Assembly: GCA_024704765.1 (NCBI GenBank)
Contig: JAKMXF010000341.1
Coordinates: forward strand, 1-64,000
DNA: 64,000 nucleotides
Reading direction: 5' to 3'
DNA from: Oopsacas minuta
Taxonomy: Eukaryota; Animalia; Porifera
Both the position numbers and the translations under genes were made by a program. Of the stretch, positions 39,310 to 50,880 are shown one piece after another (position 1 is the first letter of the stretch; every line of letters starts with the position of its first letter). The notes under the pieces are model-generated. The model searched no databases and was not told where the DNA came from. It worked only from the letters and a program-made list of their open reading frames with translations.

Positions 39310-41776
39310 ATGATTAGAATCCTTACTTTTATACAACCACCTAGATGTCTCATATACCAGAGTTTGTATCTATCCAGCTCTCCATTGGATACTCCACTTG
39401 ATGTAGACACAACTACTGTATGGCCACGGTATAAGCGGAAGAAGGACAGACACGCAGTGCTAGACGCACTAGCTTCTACGGTAAAACCAATCACACCCCC
39501 TCTCATGTTTGGACGCGGTCCTACTGATCCCTACTTTATACATAAATCTAGAGTATCCTTGCTACAACACGCTCAGTACTGGCTAGCTGGGAAGAGCGCG
39601 GCCAAATACGTCATAGACAGAAATCCTGATTTGTTTCCTGGTTTCCGTGCTCTCCCAGAGATGGTCCCCGACCCTGAGCTTCCTCCATCCTTAGAGCCTA
39701 CCCTAGAGAGACTGCAGTATCTCGTGAAGATAGGTTTAGCTGAGGAGTCATATGCACTATATACATTACTCAAGACAGAGCATAGTGATGTCAACATGCC
39801 TGTGTCTCTCCTTGACAACCTGTTAGAGTTAATGACGTATAAATGTGTGGGTGGAGATTACAATCTTATGAAAGGTGGGAATCGACAGAGGATTAGTCAA
39901 CCTGACTTAAGGAAAGTTCACGGTGAAGATGATGACTCTACACTAGCTGATTCAGCTTACTTTACAGGATCTAGTAAGAAATGGAAGAAGGACGGGCCTT
40001 GTGATCAGCTGTTCCAAGAGATGAAGGAACTAAAAGTTGTTACAGCTGACTCATATAACTCTATGCTGATGGGAAAATATAGGTAAGTAAATTTCCTACA
40101 TACACTTATCTTATTTTTGAAACATTTGCTGCTACAGCTAACTTTAGTTGTGACTGCTAGTTTTCTATATTAATACAGATACTCCGGTTAATTGGACCAC
40201 TTTCTCCAGTTATTTGGTCCGATAATACGGTGTGTGAGGGTCCCGAGAATGTGCATACTATTTTAAAGAATTGAAATCTAAACATTATACGTAACTCATA
40301 CTATGTGCTCTGAATAATCTTCAAACTGTATTGCTTATAATAGCCTAATCCTCTTTACTTCTCTGCAAATCTGTCCTAAACTCTACAGCTATGCGAGATA
40401 TTATTAAAATATCGAAGCTCATGGGCCGTGACGTAACCCTTTGTGACCCTATAGTAAAATCCTAAAATTTGGTTCCAACCTCTGAATTCTAGCTTGTATA
40501 ACATTTTAACATATACAGTAGAACTCGGATAAGACGTACTCGGCTTAAGACGTACACTCGGTTAAGACGTACTATTTCTTATATCCCAAAATATCAGTCA
40601 TCACTATTTGTAATGCAAACATATTCGGATAAGACGTACACTCGGTTAAGACGTACTAATTTCTGTTTCCCGAGGGGGTACGTCTTATCCGAGTTCTACT
40701 GTAGTATCATTATTTGTTTCAGATATGACACTCTGAAGGAGTTCTCTGATCTTTATAACGAGATGTTAGAACATAATCTACAACCATCTCTGTTGGTACA
40801 TAATAGCTATCTCAAAACTATAATATTAAATCCTGCTGAGCTAGATGTGGAACGATCTGAGAGGATAGAAATAGTCAGACGTATCATTAAGCGTATGAAC
40901 ACAGAACCCGTGGTACAACCGGATGCTAGTACGTTCTCATTTCTGACTAGATTAGCTAGCTTCAACACTGCCATATCCAATGGATTCCCTACTCCATACC
41001 AGATATTCCGTGAGATGTTGAGTCGTGACATTAAACCTAATCTCTCACACCTGACTGCTGTCCTCCGGTGTAATGATACTTACCTAGATGAACTTATTAG
41101 TTATGTTAAGAATAACCCTGATATACTGAAGTTCTCTACAGATATAGACGAGCAGAACTTCTTTGGCAGTGCCATGCAGAAAGCTATTGCTAAGGATAGG
41201 TATCAACATGTGGAGTATATTGCTAAGTTAAATAAAGAGACATTTGGTCTACTGGACAGTCAAGAGCCTGGTGTTCTTAGGTATTACGTTAGCTACAAGT
41301 TTGGGTTCTGGAATGTGTTAAGTGAGCCTGGGCGTGCAGATGAGATGTGTAAAATCCTGATGGAGTATATCCAGATGGCTGGGTATCCCTGTATGCCTGA
41401 GATTGAACAAGCTACCAAGTTCTATCAAATCGGTAGATTCGATCTATTTCTTAACATCATGAAAGAGGCATTTATAGCACATGATGAATCGTCTATAGAT
41501 GTCATTATCTCTCTAATGAGGATGCTCATTAGCTTTCTATCTGATCACATCCTCACTAACTCTCCCACGAACTCTGACCTCATGATAGAAACAGCTGATT
41601 TTGTGTGGTTATTAGTAAGCAGATTTGAACGGTCTTATCTTATGTCTAACGCAGGAGTATTCTTTGAATTGTGTAGACTAGCTCTGAAGATATTTGAGCC
41701 ATTAGATCAGTTCAAGTACAAACAAATTAGCAGATGGTTGTCATTGAACAAGAGATTGAAGAAAGATAATATATAA
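39310..41776 (+). CDS. PTCD3: Pentatricopeptide repeat protein 3 / mitoribosomal mS39; 2 exons
   Basis: Exons 39310-40082 and 40723-41776 (phase-2 join R|YDTLKE). AVLDALASTV...DPYFI and AAKYVIDRNPDLF match the PTCD3 N-terminal motifs. PPR-like helices follow (SYNSMLMG, YNEMLEHNLQPSLLVHNSYL, QPDASTFSFL, KPNLSHLTAVL). Confidence 0.85.
40516..40701. mobile_element. Tc1/mariner (pogo/Tigger-like) MITE in the PTCD3 intron
   Basis: TA|CAGTAGAACTCGGATAAGACGTAC ... GTACGTCTTATCCGAGTTCTACTG|TA with a perfect 24-bp TIR. The CTCGG.TAAGACGTAC motif is reiterated internally. Confidence 0.92.
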
Positions 41777-42458
41777 CAGTAATATATTTAATTATATATT
41801 AGTGTGCGAAATTATTGCAACCATGCTCACTTATTATGTGGTCTACTTGTATATTATTAATGTAAGATCTCAAATCACTGGCTATATACGATGTGAGAGA
41901 AGCAGATTATTCTGGAGATTTTCCATAGAAGTCTTCTTATACTGTCTGAAATTCGAATTATCATAAAACTAATCTCTACTGTATAAATGGCTTAATGGAT
42001 TGTATCAGTATCTCCAATTTTCGTGTTAATAGGACCATAAATATTCAACTTGGCTAAAAATGACGAAAATATTTTTGTGGCAACGGTGTGGCCACTGTGG
42101 CGTTTGTCATTTCCAATGTTCAGAAGGTCAATTAGTTACTAAATTTCTCTCTTTGTTGTATAAATTTTTTATTCCTCATTCCTAGTTGTAAAGAACAAGT
42201 AACCATCACTGCATCACATTCAAAAGGTTTTTAACAAATAAGCTATAAGTTCCACACTCTTCTGATGAGATTTCTTAGAGATAGTTCTTATTTCGTTGAA
42301 AACGTGAAAATGAATACGCATCACATAATACATTTCTATCTATATTAAACTACTGCCATACCTTTTCTGGTCCCGAGTATTCGAGTTATACTGTAGTTGT
42401 TATATTCCGAACTTTTGGCATGCACCCTAATAAAGTTGAGTATTAAAATTTATTTTTC

Positions 42459-44243
42459 TTAATCCATCTGATTATCTGTGAACTTGTACTTTTTATCTAC
42501 CCGCTGCTTAATAAGAGCAGATCTTATAACTCTTCTCCATCTTTCAAATACTTTCTTCTCTCTAACAACCTTCTCTTTCTCTCTCTTCTCCTCCTTCCCC
42601 TCTCTCCAGGCTTCCAGTAACACTCCCTCATTCTCAGTTGCTACTACCACACCTCTGAACACAGGATGACAAGCTATACCGTGGAATTCCCATCCTACCA
42701 TTGCTAGTGCATAATCTATACCTAGCTTCCTAGCAACAATAGCTGCTCCAGGAATGTCAACATGTGCAGCTCCTGATGGTAACATGGACTCCTGGAATAA
42801 TTCTACATTTCCGAACTCATTTTTAGGAACCTTACCGTCTACAACCGGAGGAGCTATGTATATCTCTGTCTGCCATTTCCCGAATAACTCGATCTTCCTC
42901 TCCTGCTTGGGATCAGACCCAGGCTTAGTCCTCCCCCGAGCTAGCTTATATGCCGTGCTCCCTTTACTAATGACCCGGCCCTCCTTCAGCCAGTTCTCCC
43001 GTGTATGTAGCTCCATCACATTATCTCTATGGTATACTCTATCTCCTCTGAATATCCCTACAGGTAGTACATCAGCTGGGTAGATAGCCTGGAATTTCAG
43101 GATGTGTCTCTCCAGTATGTAGATAGGGTTACACTTGTATTGACTCAGTGTAGAAGGAGATGGGAGAGAGAGTTGTATACTCATCAATTGTTTATCTTCT
43201 AGTCTATCTTCTTCATCTCTGGAGTCACACCATAGAGACAGGATACGTAGCCATGAATCATTATCTGGTTTCATCTTCGCATATTTCCCTCCCCAGTCTA
43301 GACAGTACCGAGCTGACACATCTCTCACCTTACCTTCTCTCTCAGAGGCTACTACATATTGAAATGAGTTAGGTGTTGCTAACTCTACACAACTGTATGC
43401 ATTTGTTAGTTTACATAGCTTGCAATGTACTGGTACCCAATCCTCTTCTACACTTATTTCTAACCATTCATCTATATACTTATCTGAATGAGAGATACAA
43501 GCTTCTCTATCCGTTGCTACTAGCTTCTTTCTGATCTTCTTAGGGGTCTCAAACTCCTCATCAGATGCCGTATGATTCATCCGAACTGATCTGGGTCTCT
43601 TAAATTGCTGAGACCGTGACTGTTTAGCATTAGACTGGAAATACGGGCTTTTGTCACAGCTGGTAGACAGCTGCTCTCTGCTACCACCCCTCTTCTTATT
43701 CCTACTCTGTTGTTTATTACCTCTCTCCTCTCTAACAGGTGTAGCTATCATATTATTTACTATTCTAGTTCTGTAACCTAGAGATCTTAGCAGGGCCACT
43801 AATGAGTGTAAATCTGTCAGCTGATATTTTTCTATAGAGTTTCTCACCTCTTCATCCAGCTGACTAGCTTGATATTCTTGTTGGAACCATAGCAACACAT
43901 TCTGTAGATTGGTATGTGAATGTGTAGTGAGGTGTAATGGGAGTAGAGATAGAACAGCTGATTGTAGGAGCTGATCACTACAGAGTCTACTCACCAGTTC
44001 GAGTCTCCCTAGCAACAGCATGAGGTGTGTGTTATGTTTTCTAATCTTCTGTGCTCTTTCATACAACTTTATGCATCTGTCTATCATAGACTGTTTGCGC
44101 TTATTTACAGAAGATTGTAGTGTAATCTCTAGTGTATGTGACGTCACGCTACTGTCTAGATCAGCTGTTGTATCTGGAAGCACACTTGACTCTACTTCAA
44201 TCCAATCTGAATCAGACTCACTGCTATCACTAGCATATGTCAT
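42459..44243 (-). CDS. XPC: DNA damage recognition protein XPC/Rad4, single exon, 594 aa
   Basis: ALLRSLGYRTRIV (transglutaminase-like fold), EWLEI..EEDWVPV, RDVSARY, YKCNPIYILERHILKFQAIYP (BHD1), ELHTRENWLKEGR (BHD2), VPKNEFGNVELFQESMLP and GWEFHG..CHPVFRGVVV (BHD3). Confidence 0.95.
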   Translation of the reverse strand: MTYASDSSESDSDWIEVESSVLPDTTADLDSSVTSHTLEITLQSSVNKRKQSMIDRCIKLYERAQKIRKHNTHLMLLLGRLELVSRLCSDQLLQSAVLSLLPLHLTTHSHTNLQNVLLWFQQEYQASQLDEEVRNSIEKYQLTDLHSLVALLRSLGYRTRIVNNMIATPVREERGNKQQSRNKKRGGSREQLSTSCDKSPYFQSNAKQSRSQQFKRPRSVRMNHTASDEEFETPKKIRKKLVATDREACISHSDKYIDEWLEISVEEDWVPVHCKLCKLTNAYSCVELATPNSFQYVVASEREGKVRDVSARYCLDWGGKYAKMKPDNDSWLRILSLWCDSRDEEDRLEDKQLMSIQLSLPSPSTLSQYKCNPIYILERHILKFQAIYPADVLPVGIFRGDRVYHRDNVMELHTRENWLKEGRVISKGSTAYKLARGRTKPGSDPKQERKIELFGKWQTEIYIAPPVVDGKVPKNEFGNVELFQESMLPSGAAHVDIPGAAIVARKLGIDYALAMVGWEFHGIACHPVFRGVVVATENEGVLLEAWREGKEEKREKEKVVREKKVFERWRRVIRSALIKQRVDKKYKFTDNQMD

Positions 44244-44467
44244 ACTGCGTAGAGCTGTGGTACATGCATCAGTTTATTTATTGAGTGATCAGTAATTATA
44301 GAGGATTATAATATACCATAGATTTATTCACTATCATAGACTCATAACCTGTAATCTGTGAGTCAATTCAGACCCTCGGTTATCAGAATTATAGAAAAAG
44401 CTTAGCATTGGAATTTGGAAAAGCACTTGGTTTGTAAAATTTCGTAAAGCTTAAGAACAGTATTTCG

Positions 44468-44969
44468 GGGCCTCCCTAATTCATGGAACGGAACAGGCAA
44501 GGTTTTTTGTATGAATTAAAATTTGTCACTTAACACATATTAGACCTGAAAAATCACAGAAGAGTGTAGAACAACACTTGTCAAGCATTTATTATGACAT
44601 TTCACGTTGATGGCAATCAATATGTCAAATTTGTATCCATTTGTACAATATTAAAGTATTTTCCCCTAGAAAAATTCCCTCTCTAATTTCTTATCTCCTC
44701 CTCTTCACTAGAGGGAGGTAGTTATCCAGCCGAAAGCTGGTCCATATAATATTCGCAATTTTAATGATGAAAAGTTGTTGAAGGTATTACTAGATAGACT
44801 TCGTTACAAAATTATGAAAATTGGTCACCGCAGAAGTGAAATGTCAAAAAATATGCTTGGCAACCGTCATGATACAATATTCTGTGATTTACAAATGCCA
44901 AATGTGCAACGAACAACAATTTTGAATTTCCTTAAGAAAACTTGTCCCTTCCGTGAATTAGGGAAGCCC
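44468..44969. mobile_element. Non-autonomous TIR element, copy 1 (superfamily uncertain; Merlin- or hAT-like 8-bp TSD)
   Basis: Ends GGGCCTCCCTAATTCATGGAACGG and CCTTCCGTGAATTAGGGAAGCCC. Flanks GTATTTCG / ATATTTCG (7/8). Confidence 0.6.
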
Positions 44970-45283
44970 ATATTTCGAAAGAAAGTCGTGATGTTAATCC
45001 CTTATTCGTAAAGAGGATTATGATAATGACATGACATCTTTAAATATACAGTCAAATATCCTTAATATCAAAAATACCAAAATACATTCCATCGTATGAT
45101 TCGTATCACCAAGCAATGAATTTCACACATATCAAAATAAATTCTTTCAGTTAACCAAACAGTAAACTTGAAATTATAAGATGAATGTATTACGTATTCT
45201 GATAACTGAGGGGGTTTACAATGTACTGATACGATACAGTTTATACAATGTTCGAAACTTAATACATTCATACAATAAATTCA

Positions 45284-46711
45284 TCATTTCTGATCATTAT
45301 CACTATCCGCTTCTTGTATTGAAGTATCTGTATCATTAATCAGTTGATCACCCTCTGTTTCAGATATAATACTCTTTTGTTTCATGGCCATGATGTCGTA
45401 TACCATGAGTACAATAACAGCAAGAGCAGGCAGTAGAGTAACTCCACCTACTAGATAGAATATCCAACTGGGGTTGATGAGTCTGAGGGTAGGATACAGA
45501 CTATTAAACACCACCACACTAATAATACTGCTTACAGCATTCAGTAGGGATATTATACTGAATAGACTCCCGTGCTGAGAGGGTAGCACTAGCTTAGAGA
45601 GGGAGGATCGGATAGAGGGTACACCTAGAGAGGCTAGTAGAGCTACGCCAGGTACCACCCCTAGTAGTCCCCAGTCTGTATTCAGAACACCAGTTAGTCC
45701 ATATACCAGTGCTGAGTCTAGTGTGCCTATTAAGATTAGAAGATTGTCTGGACATCCGCATTTGAATAGGAAAGGTAGGAACAGGTAGATACCTATAAAA
45801 CGAGCCAGGTATGTCAGTCCAAGGTACCAGCCCTGTTTACTGGGTCCCCAACACAGTGGAGGTGCTAGTGCATAGAGAGGGAATATGCTAAGAGTAGTAA
45901 CTACATCTCCTACAATGAATCCAAATACTGTTAAGTATATAGCGAATTTGAATCTATCTTTATTACGTATAAATAGCATGAGGGGAGTTATGCCCTGTCT
46001 GAGGATAGTTTTAGTTGTATGGTATATGCCGTTAGGAGATGAATTATTCGCGGATTTTGGCAAAGATTCTGGTACGAACAGAATGTATAGGAGAGTAGTT
46101 ACGTACATAATAATAATAATAACAAAACTCCACATAAACCCTATCCAATCCAGCAGGTATCCACTAACTACTTGGAATATACAGGTTCCCATTAGGATAC
46201 CTGACTCCATTATACCCAATCTGAAAGTTCGTCTCTTTGGTGATGTTATATCTGCAACCATGGATGATACAGCTATTGTCACAGACTGGTGATTACCGCC
46301 TATCCCATCTATAATCTCAGGGAGTAGAATAAAGTATGGGTGTAGATTAAACAGGTGTATGAGTAGGAATATAATTGAGGACAGTATGGAGGCAGCTAAT
46401 GCTGTGATTAGGATAAGCTTCCTGCCTCTGACGTCAGACAGAGTTCCAGCTAGTAGTATCGTGAGTAGAGTAGGTACTGTATACAGCAGCTGAGCTACAA
46501 GAGATAGATAAGAAGCATAGGATTGTATAGAGTTTATAGAGTAAGAAGTGTTATAGCAAGGTACTGATTGATTCTGGTTGAGTATGTTTGAACAATTCCC
46601 GCCCTGCAGCTGTCTACAGCTGGAGTAGTATATGTACTCTGGTAGGATAAATCTCTGGAATGAAAGGGAGGAGAAATACAGGAATATGATAGGTTCTGGA
46701 GGTAGTATCAT
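45284..46711 (-). CDS. SLC46-family MFS transporter (PCFT/SLC46A1-A3-like), single exon, 475 aa
   Basis: EPIIFL N-terminus, MFS motif A (AGTLSDVRGRK), VADITSPKRRTFRLGIMES, PSIRSSLSKLV.P.QHG, about 12 hydrophobic segments. The paralogue cannot be resolved by eye. Confidence 0.88.
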   Translation of the reverse strand: MILPPEPIIFLYFSSLSFQRFILPEYIYYSSCRQLQGGNCSNILNQNQSVPCYNTSYSINSIQSYASYLSLVAQLLYTVPTLLTILLAGTLSDVRGRKLILITALAASILSSIIFLLIHLFNLHPYFILLPEIIDGIGGNHQSVTIAVSSMVADITSPKRRTFRLGIMESGILMGTCIFQVVSGYLLDWIGFMWSFVIIIIMYVTTLLYILFVPESLPKSANNSSPNGIYHTTKTILRQGITPLMLFIRNKDRFKFAIYLTVFGFIVGDVVTTLSIFPLYALAPPLCWGPSKQGWYLGLTYLARFIGIYLFLPFLFKCGCPDNLLILIGTLDSALVYGLTGVLNTDWGLLGVVPGVALLASLGVPSIRSSLSKLVLPSQHGSLFSIISLLNAVSSIISVVVFNSLYPTLRLINPSWIFYLVGGVTLLPALAVIVLMVYDIMAMKQKSIISETEGDQLINDTDTSIQEADSDNDQK

Positions 46712-46873
46712 TACTCAGGATATGATTTTTCTAACCTTCATTGTGCTATTATATTTGATGCTAAGTAAATTAATATATTTTAGTTGACTCAAGCTGGCTT
46801 CCCTTCTCCACTATCTATGAGATGTTTCTAGAATTGGTATTTAGATTGTTTGAGAAGATTAGTACAAAATGGA

Positions 46874-47341
46874 GGGCTTCCCTATTTTATGGAACGGAAC
46901 TGCCCATTTTGATACCCTACTTTTAGGGAACAGACACATTTTTACATGAAGAAATTTCAAATTTGGTGTTTGCTACACATTTGGTCTTCAAAATCACAGA
47001 ACATTGTAACCGTTGTCAAGCATTTGTTATGATATTTCCAGTAGACGGTATTAACATATGTATATTCATGCCAAGCAGTGGCGTCTTGTGGCTTTGAAAT
47101 CTGGGGGGAGGGGGCCACAAATTCTGGATGAGGGTCTATGGGCCGCTGTAACCAATAAAGTCCAGGACCGAAACCCATCGCAAGAAATAACGTTTGATTT
47201 GCAGTTAACCCAGAAAGTTTTTTCTGGTCCCTTGGAGTAATGATGCGGGAGTTTGGAGAATATTTGGGGAGCACATATAGCACGACGCCCCTGATGCCAA
47301 ATTTGTACTCATTTATGCAAAACCAAGAAATCGGGAAGGCC
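46874..47341. mobile_element. Non-autonomous TIR element, copy 2 (related to 44468-44969)
   Basis: Begins GGGCTTCCCTATTTTATGGAACGGAAC and ends GAAATCGGGAAGGCC. Shares AAAATCACAGAA and TTGTCAAGCATTT.TTATGA.ATTTC with copy 1. No conserved TSD. Confidence 0.55.
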
Positions 47342-47564
47342 ATTCTATAGTATGCTATCGCCTTTTTCAAAGATCGCCGGAAAATAATTATTGGGAACGT
47401 TGGAAAATTCCCTGGAAAAGATTCATGTCTCATACTTTAGGTAGATTGATTTCTGTGCGGTCACTTCCCGTCCCGGAAATTAGGCATGTATGTTAAAATA
47501 AGAAGTAATTCTCAATCCCCAATTTCTGATCCATCTTTTCCCATAATTACAACTTAGCAGTACC

Positions 47565-49523
47565 ATGGATAGCGAAGTATCCATGGAGTCACAGGTTGAT
47601 GAGTATCGCGAGGACATCAAACAGCTGGTACATACTCACATGACTAGCATTAATATGTCTGAAGAGGTGAGACAGCTGATGGAGGGGATGGACTCAGGAG
47701 ATGAAGTGGATAATGACGTCATATTCCAGAAGTTAACAGATCGGGGTTTAATCGGCCCTGTATTTGATAGTGTAGATAAGTTTGTGAAAGAGAAACAGGA
47801 GGTTATAGTACCTCCCCCTCACTCCTCCCTCATCAGGAGAGAGGTTAAGGATAAAGAGAGGTGTCTGGAGCTTACCCTACAGAGGGGAAGAGGATTTCTG
47901 GAACACCTCCCATCAGATGATCTACTGCCCGGTACTCCAGCACCCACATTCTCAATCCATGCAAGTTTCCAGGGACAGAGACTGAGCTCAGGAGATCTCT
48001 CTTGTCTCTGTGAGGTAGAGATACAGCATAGCTTTAAGTTCTCTCTCTCCGCTTCTCTGCAGGTTGATAAGAAGGGGCCAGACCTGCTGGCTGTGAGTGA
48101 GGGTGTGTATCTTGTCCTGGTGAGGAGAGAGTTGGATGGACGCAGGGTCCTGATAGGCTTGGGAAAGTTAGAATGGAGACGAGTACTGACAGAGAGAGGA
48201 CAAAGGATGGAAGGTAGTCTAGATGTGTTGGGGGTGGGTAATGAAGCTACGGTACCTATAGGAGCTCTTGAGTACTCCTTAAATATGAACCTGTCACCAG
48301 GAGATACTGCATTCTTGAGAGACAACCCGATCACTAGACAGCTGTTGGATACACAGCTGGGTGTAGAGCAGGGGAGGAGAGATGAACAGCTGAGACTATT
48401 CCTTATTTACAGCAAACAGTGGTGTCACGAGTATTCTCAGCTCAGACCGTCACACCGTATCCGTAAGCTCCCTCTCTTCTCATCCTCTGAAGGCGGATCC
48501 CCGAGTCTAGCCTGCATTTACGTTACACCCCTCCGTACTCACAGATTAATAGAGTCTCCTAGATCAGCTCTCAGATTCTGCTCTCTCATACCACGACGTT
48601 CTGACCCCTTATGCCCAGGACAGACCTCTCTCGGTGAGTTGTGGCTCAGTCGCCTAGCTGTCCTCTCTTCTCGAGGGGCGGGGGAGGCGGATAGAGCTGT
48701 CCTCCTCTGCTCCCTCCTATTAGGATTCGGTCTGAATGCGTTCGTGTGTGCGGGCACCAATAGGATCGGTACTTGTTATTGGGTAGCTACGCTAGACACC
48801 TCGGGTCCTACCCTATTCTGGGATACATCGTCTGGACAGAGATACACACATCAGCGACAGACTGTATCAGATGCTCTGGAGGGTCGTGTACATCCTAAAG
48901 AGTACCCCTATTTAACTCTGGGTTCTGTATTTAATCACAAACACTTCTACGCTAATTTACAGGAAACTGATTCTGTTCCTCTCTGCTCTTTTGAAGTAAA
49001 TACACCCTCTTTATGGAAGCCTCTGGACTATGAAGCTATCAGAGCTATCTCCCTCCCTTCCTGGCCCCTAGCAACTGTCCCTCTCCTCCCTCCAACCCTA
49101 ACGGGGGCAGAAGCCTCCGAAGCAGTGGAGAGGGAACTCAAGGGCCAATTGGTTCAGTTCCGTATGGAGCGTGACCTCACCACACACTGGGACGATCAGC
49201 TAGAATACATCCTAGCCCCAGCTCTGGTAGCCTACGAGGCAGAGAGAGAACTAGGGTGTGTATTAGCTAATGAAGAGTTCCAACAGGCTGTCAGACATCA
49301 CGTTAAGCCAGGACACACATTCAAAGGGTATCCTGTACAATTTAACAGCTGTGAAGGAGGTAAGTTATTTAGACACTCTTTAAAATCAGAACTATGTCAA
49401 GAGATAGTATCGTGTAGAGGAGACTCCTTACAGTACTCAGTACGTGCTCGTGTTACGTGTTATCCTGATGAAGTATTTGGTGTATGGGTTATGTGGGCGT
49501 GTCATTACGCTTGTGTGCTTTAA
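47565..49523 (+). CDS. CEP76: Centrosomal protein CEP76 (C2 + transglutaminase-like domains), single exon, 652 aa
   Basis: WCHEYSQLRPSH, PLRTHRLIESPRSALRF, LLCSLLLGFGLNAFVCAGT, YPYLTLGSVFNHKHFYANLQ, FQQAVRHHVKPGHTFKGYPVQF, VRARVTCYPD...VWVMWAC all follow the CEP76 pattern. Confidence 0.92.
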   Translation: MDSEVSMESQVDEYREDIKQLVHTHMTSINMSEEVRQLMEGMDSGDEVDNDVIFQKLTDRGLIGPVFDSVDKFVKEKQEVIVPPPHSSLIRREVKDKERCLELTLQRGRGFLEHLPSDDLLPGTPAPTFSIHASFQGQRLSSGDLSCLCEVEIQHSFKFSLSASLQVDKKGPDLLAVSEGVYLVLVRRELDGRRVLIGLGKLEWRRVLTERGQRMEGSLDVLGVGNEATVPIGALEYSLNMNLSPGDTAFLRDNPITRQLLDTQLGVEQGRRDEQLRLFLIYSKQWCHEYSQLRPSHRIRKLPLFSSSEGGSPSLACIYVTPLRTHRLIESPRSALRFCSLIPRRSDPLCPGQTSLGELWLSRLAVLSSRGAGEADRAVLLCSLLLGFGLNAFVCAGTNRIGTCYWVATLDTSGPTLFWDTSSGQRYTHQRQTVSDALEGRVHPKEYPYLTLGSVFNHKHFYANLQETDSVPLCSFEVNTPSLWKPLDYEAIRAISLPSWPLATVPLLPPTLTGAEASEAVERELKGQLVQFRMERDLTTHWDDQLEYILAPALVAYEAERELGCVLANEEFQQAVRHHVKPGHTFKGYPVQFNSCEGGKLFRHSLKSELCQEIVSCRGDSLQYSVRARVTCYPDEVFGVWVMWACHYACVL

Positions 49524-50243
49524 TTCAGTTTTAATTATTTTAATGTATCTATTGTATTTTACATTCTTATCTAAATATAGATTGTAGCTTAAAATAGATA
49601 CTGATTAATTAGACATACTTAGTGTATATATTGAGAGGATTGTATTACTCTAAATAGATTATATTGATGTGTTGTAACTTTATGCTTTCCTCAAGTTTGA
49701 CATAATAGGGATGTGTCCTATGATGATATAAAAACATACTTGGTTTTAAAATATTCTTAATTTTAGGCAACTGTTAGTTAGGAACATGTGTTCAGCTCAT
49801 CTGATTTGGCTACCGCACGAATATTGTCATTATTTGATCATTTACCCAATGTACTTCATCTACACGATGTATAAACTAGCTGTTAAGACAAGATAGATGA
49901 CCTTTTCTTCGTATTGCATATTCTCTTATCAATTTTCACTTTTGTCATTTTGAAATATTTATGAGTCGACCAATTTTTCCGTTGATACGTCACAAAATAA
50001 TGAGATAATGATAATGAACCGCCCGCCCGCGTACAGGCTCTGATAGATCTCATGTAGCCTTATCTAACTTTTCAATCGATGTTTTTACGTCCTGACTATA
50101 CGAGTTTACTCCTGTACCTATTTGTTAGCTATAAACGCCGTATTTGAATATTCCACTTATATTTATTATGTATTCTGACTTGAGTGGTGTCAAATATTGA
50201 ATTATACTTAATTCTGTAGCAAATTATTATTATTATATTAGAA

Positions 50244-50498
50244 ATGCCTTTGTACGAGGATCTCCTCCATCCAAACCCAGAAACAGAGAAGAAGAAGCAC
50301 AAGCTAAAGAGGCTAGTACAGAGTCCTAACTCTTACTTTATGGATGTACGCTGCCCCGGGTGTTACAAGATAACTACAGTGTTTAGCCACGCCCAAACAG
50401 TAGTGCTATGTGCTGCATGCTCTATGATCCTTTGTCAACCGAAAGGGGGAAGGGCTAAGCTGATCGAAGGGTGTTCTTTCCGGAAGAAACCGAACTAA
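50244..50498 (+). CDS. RPS27: 40S ribosomal protein eS27, single exon
   Basis: [10 protein letters not shown]...[40 protein letters not shown], 84 aa, C4 zinc finger intact. Confidence 0.98.
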   Translation: MPLYEDLLHPNPETEKKKHKLKRLVQSPNSYFMDVRCPGCYKITTVFSHAQTVVLCAACSMILCQPKGGRAKLIEGCSFRKKPN

Positions 50499-50695
50499 CG
50501 GTCTAAGACTTCTAGGAGAATTCCCGAATGCCAAGATCCATTTCCCTGCAATATGCCGTTGCATTAGTTATGCTATTAATTTAGTTAGTTAGTTGATATA
50601 GCAATAATATGTACTTACTGTTATTTCAGTGATGTATTGAGTTGTTATGTAGTGATGTTATATAATAGAGAAATTGTTTCTTTAATTAAGTAATA

Positions 50696-50880
50696 CAGCG
50701 ACTCCGCTTAATAGGGTCACATCGGGACCAGGCCATTTTGACCCGATTAAGCCGAGTAAAGGTGTCGGGCTGATTAACCGGAGTAATATAACACTATTTG
50801 TATGGTTCTGTTTCGGGCCAAGTGACCTGATCAACCAGGTTTAGCCGAGTAACTCCTGCTCTATTAAGCAGAGTCTACTG
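50696..50880. mobile_element. Tc1/mariner-type MITE
   Basis: TA|CAGCGACTCCGCTTAATAG ... CTATTAAGCAGAGTCTACTG|TA; imperfect TIR. Confidence 0.7.

Noticed and set aside
40613-40722. ORF-track start of a 387-aa protein at 40613
   Set aside because: The ATG and first codons lie in the MITE and intron. The real exon starts at the AG acceptor at 40723 and joins PTCD3 exon 1 in phase.
46957-47433. 158-aa minus-strand ORF between SLC46 and CEP76
   Set aside because: It lies almost wholly in a non-autonomous TIR element related to 44468-44969, where the frame is not evident, and no protein motif was recognised.
42478-48760. Antisense ORFs overlapping XPC, SLC46 and CEP76 (likewise VPS15, PTCD3, RPA43, CEP152)
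   Set aside because: These are shadow frames of real genes caused by codon bias, with no independent motifs.
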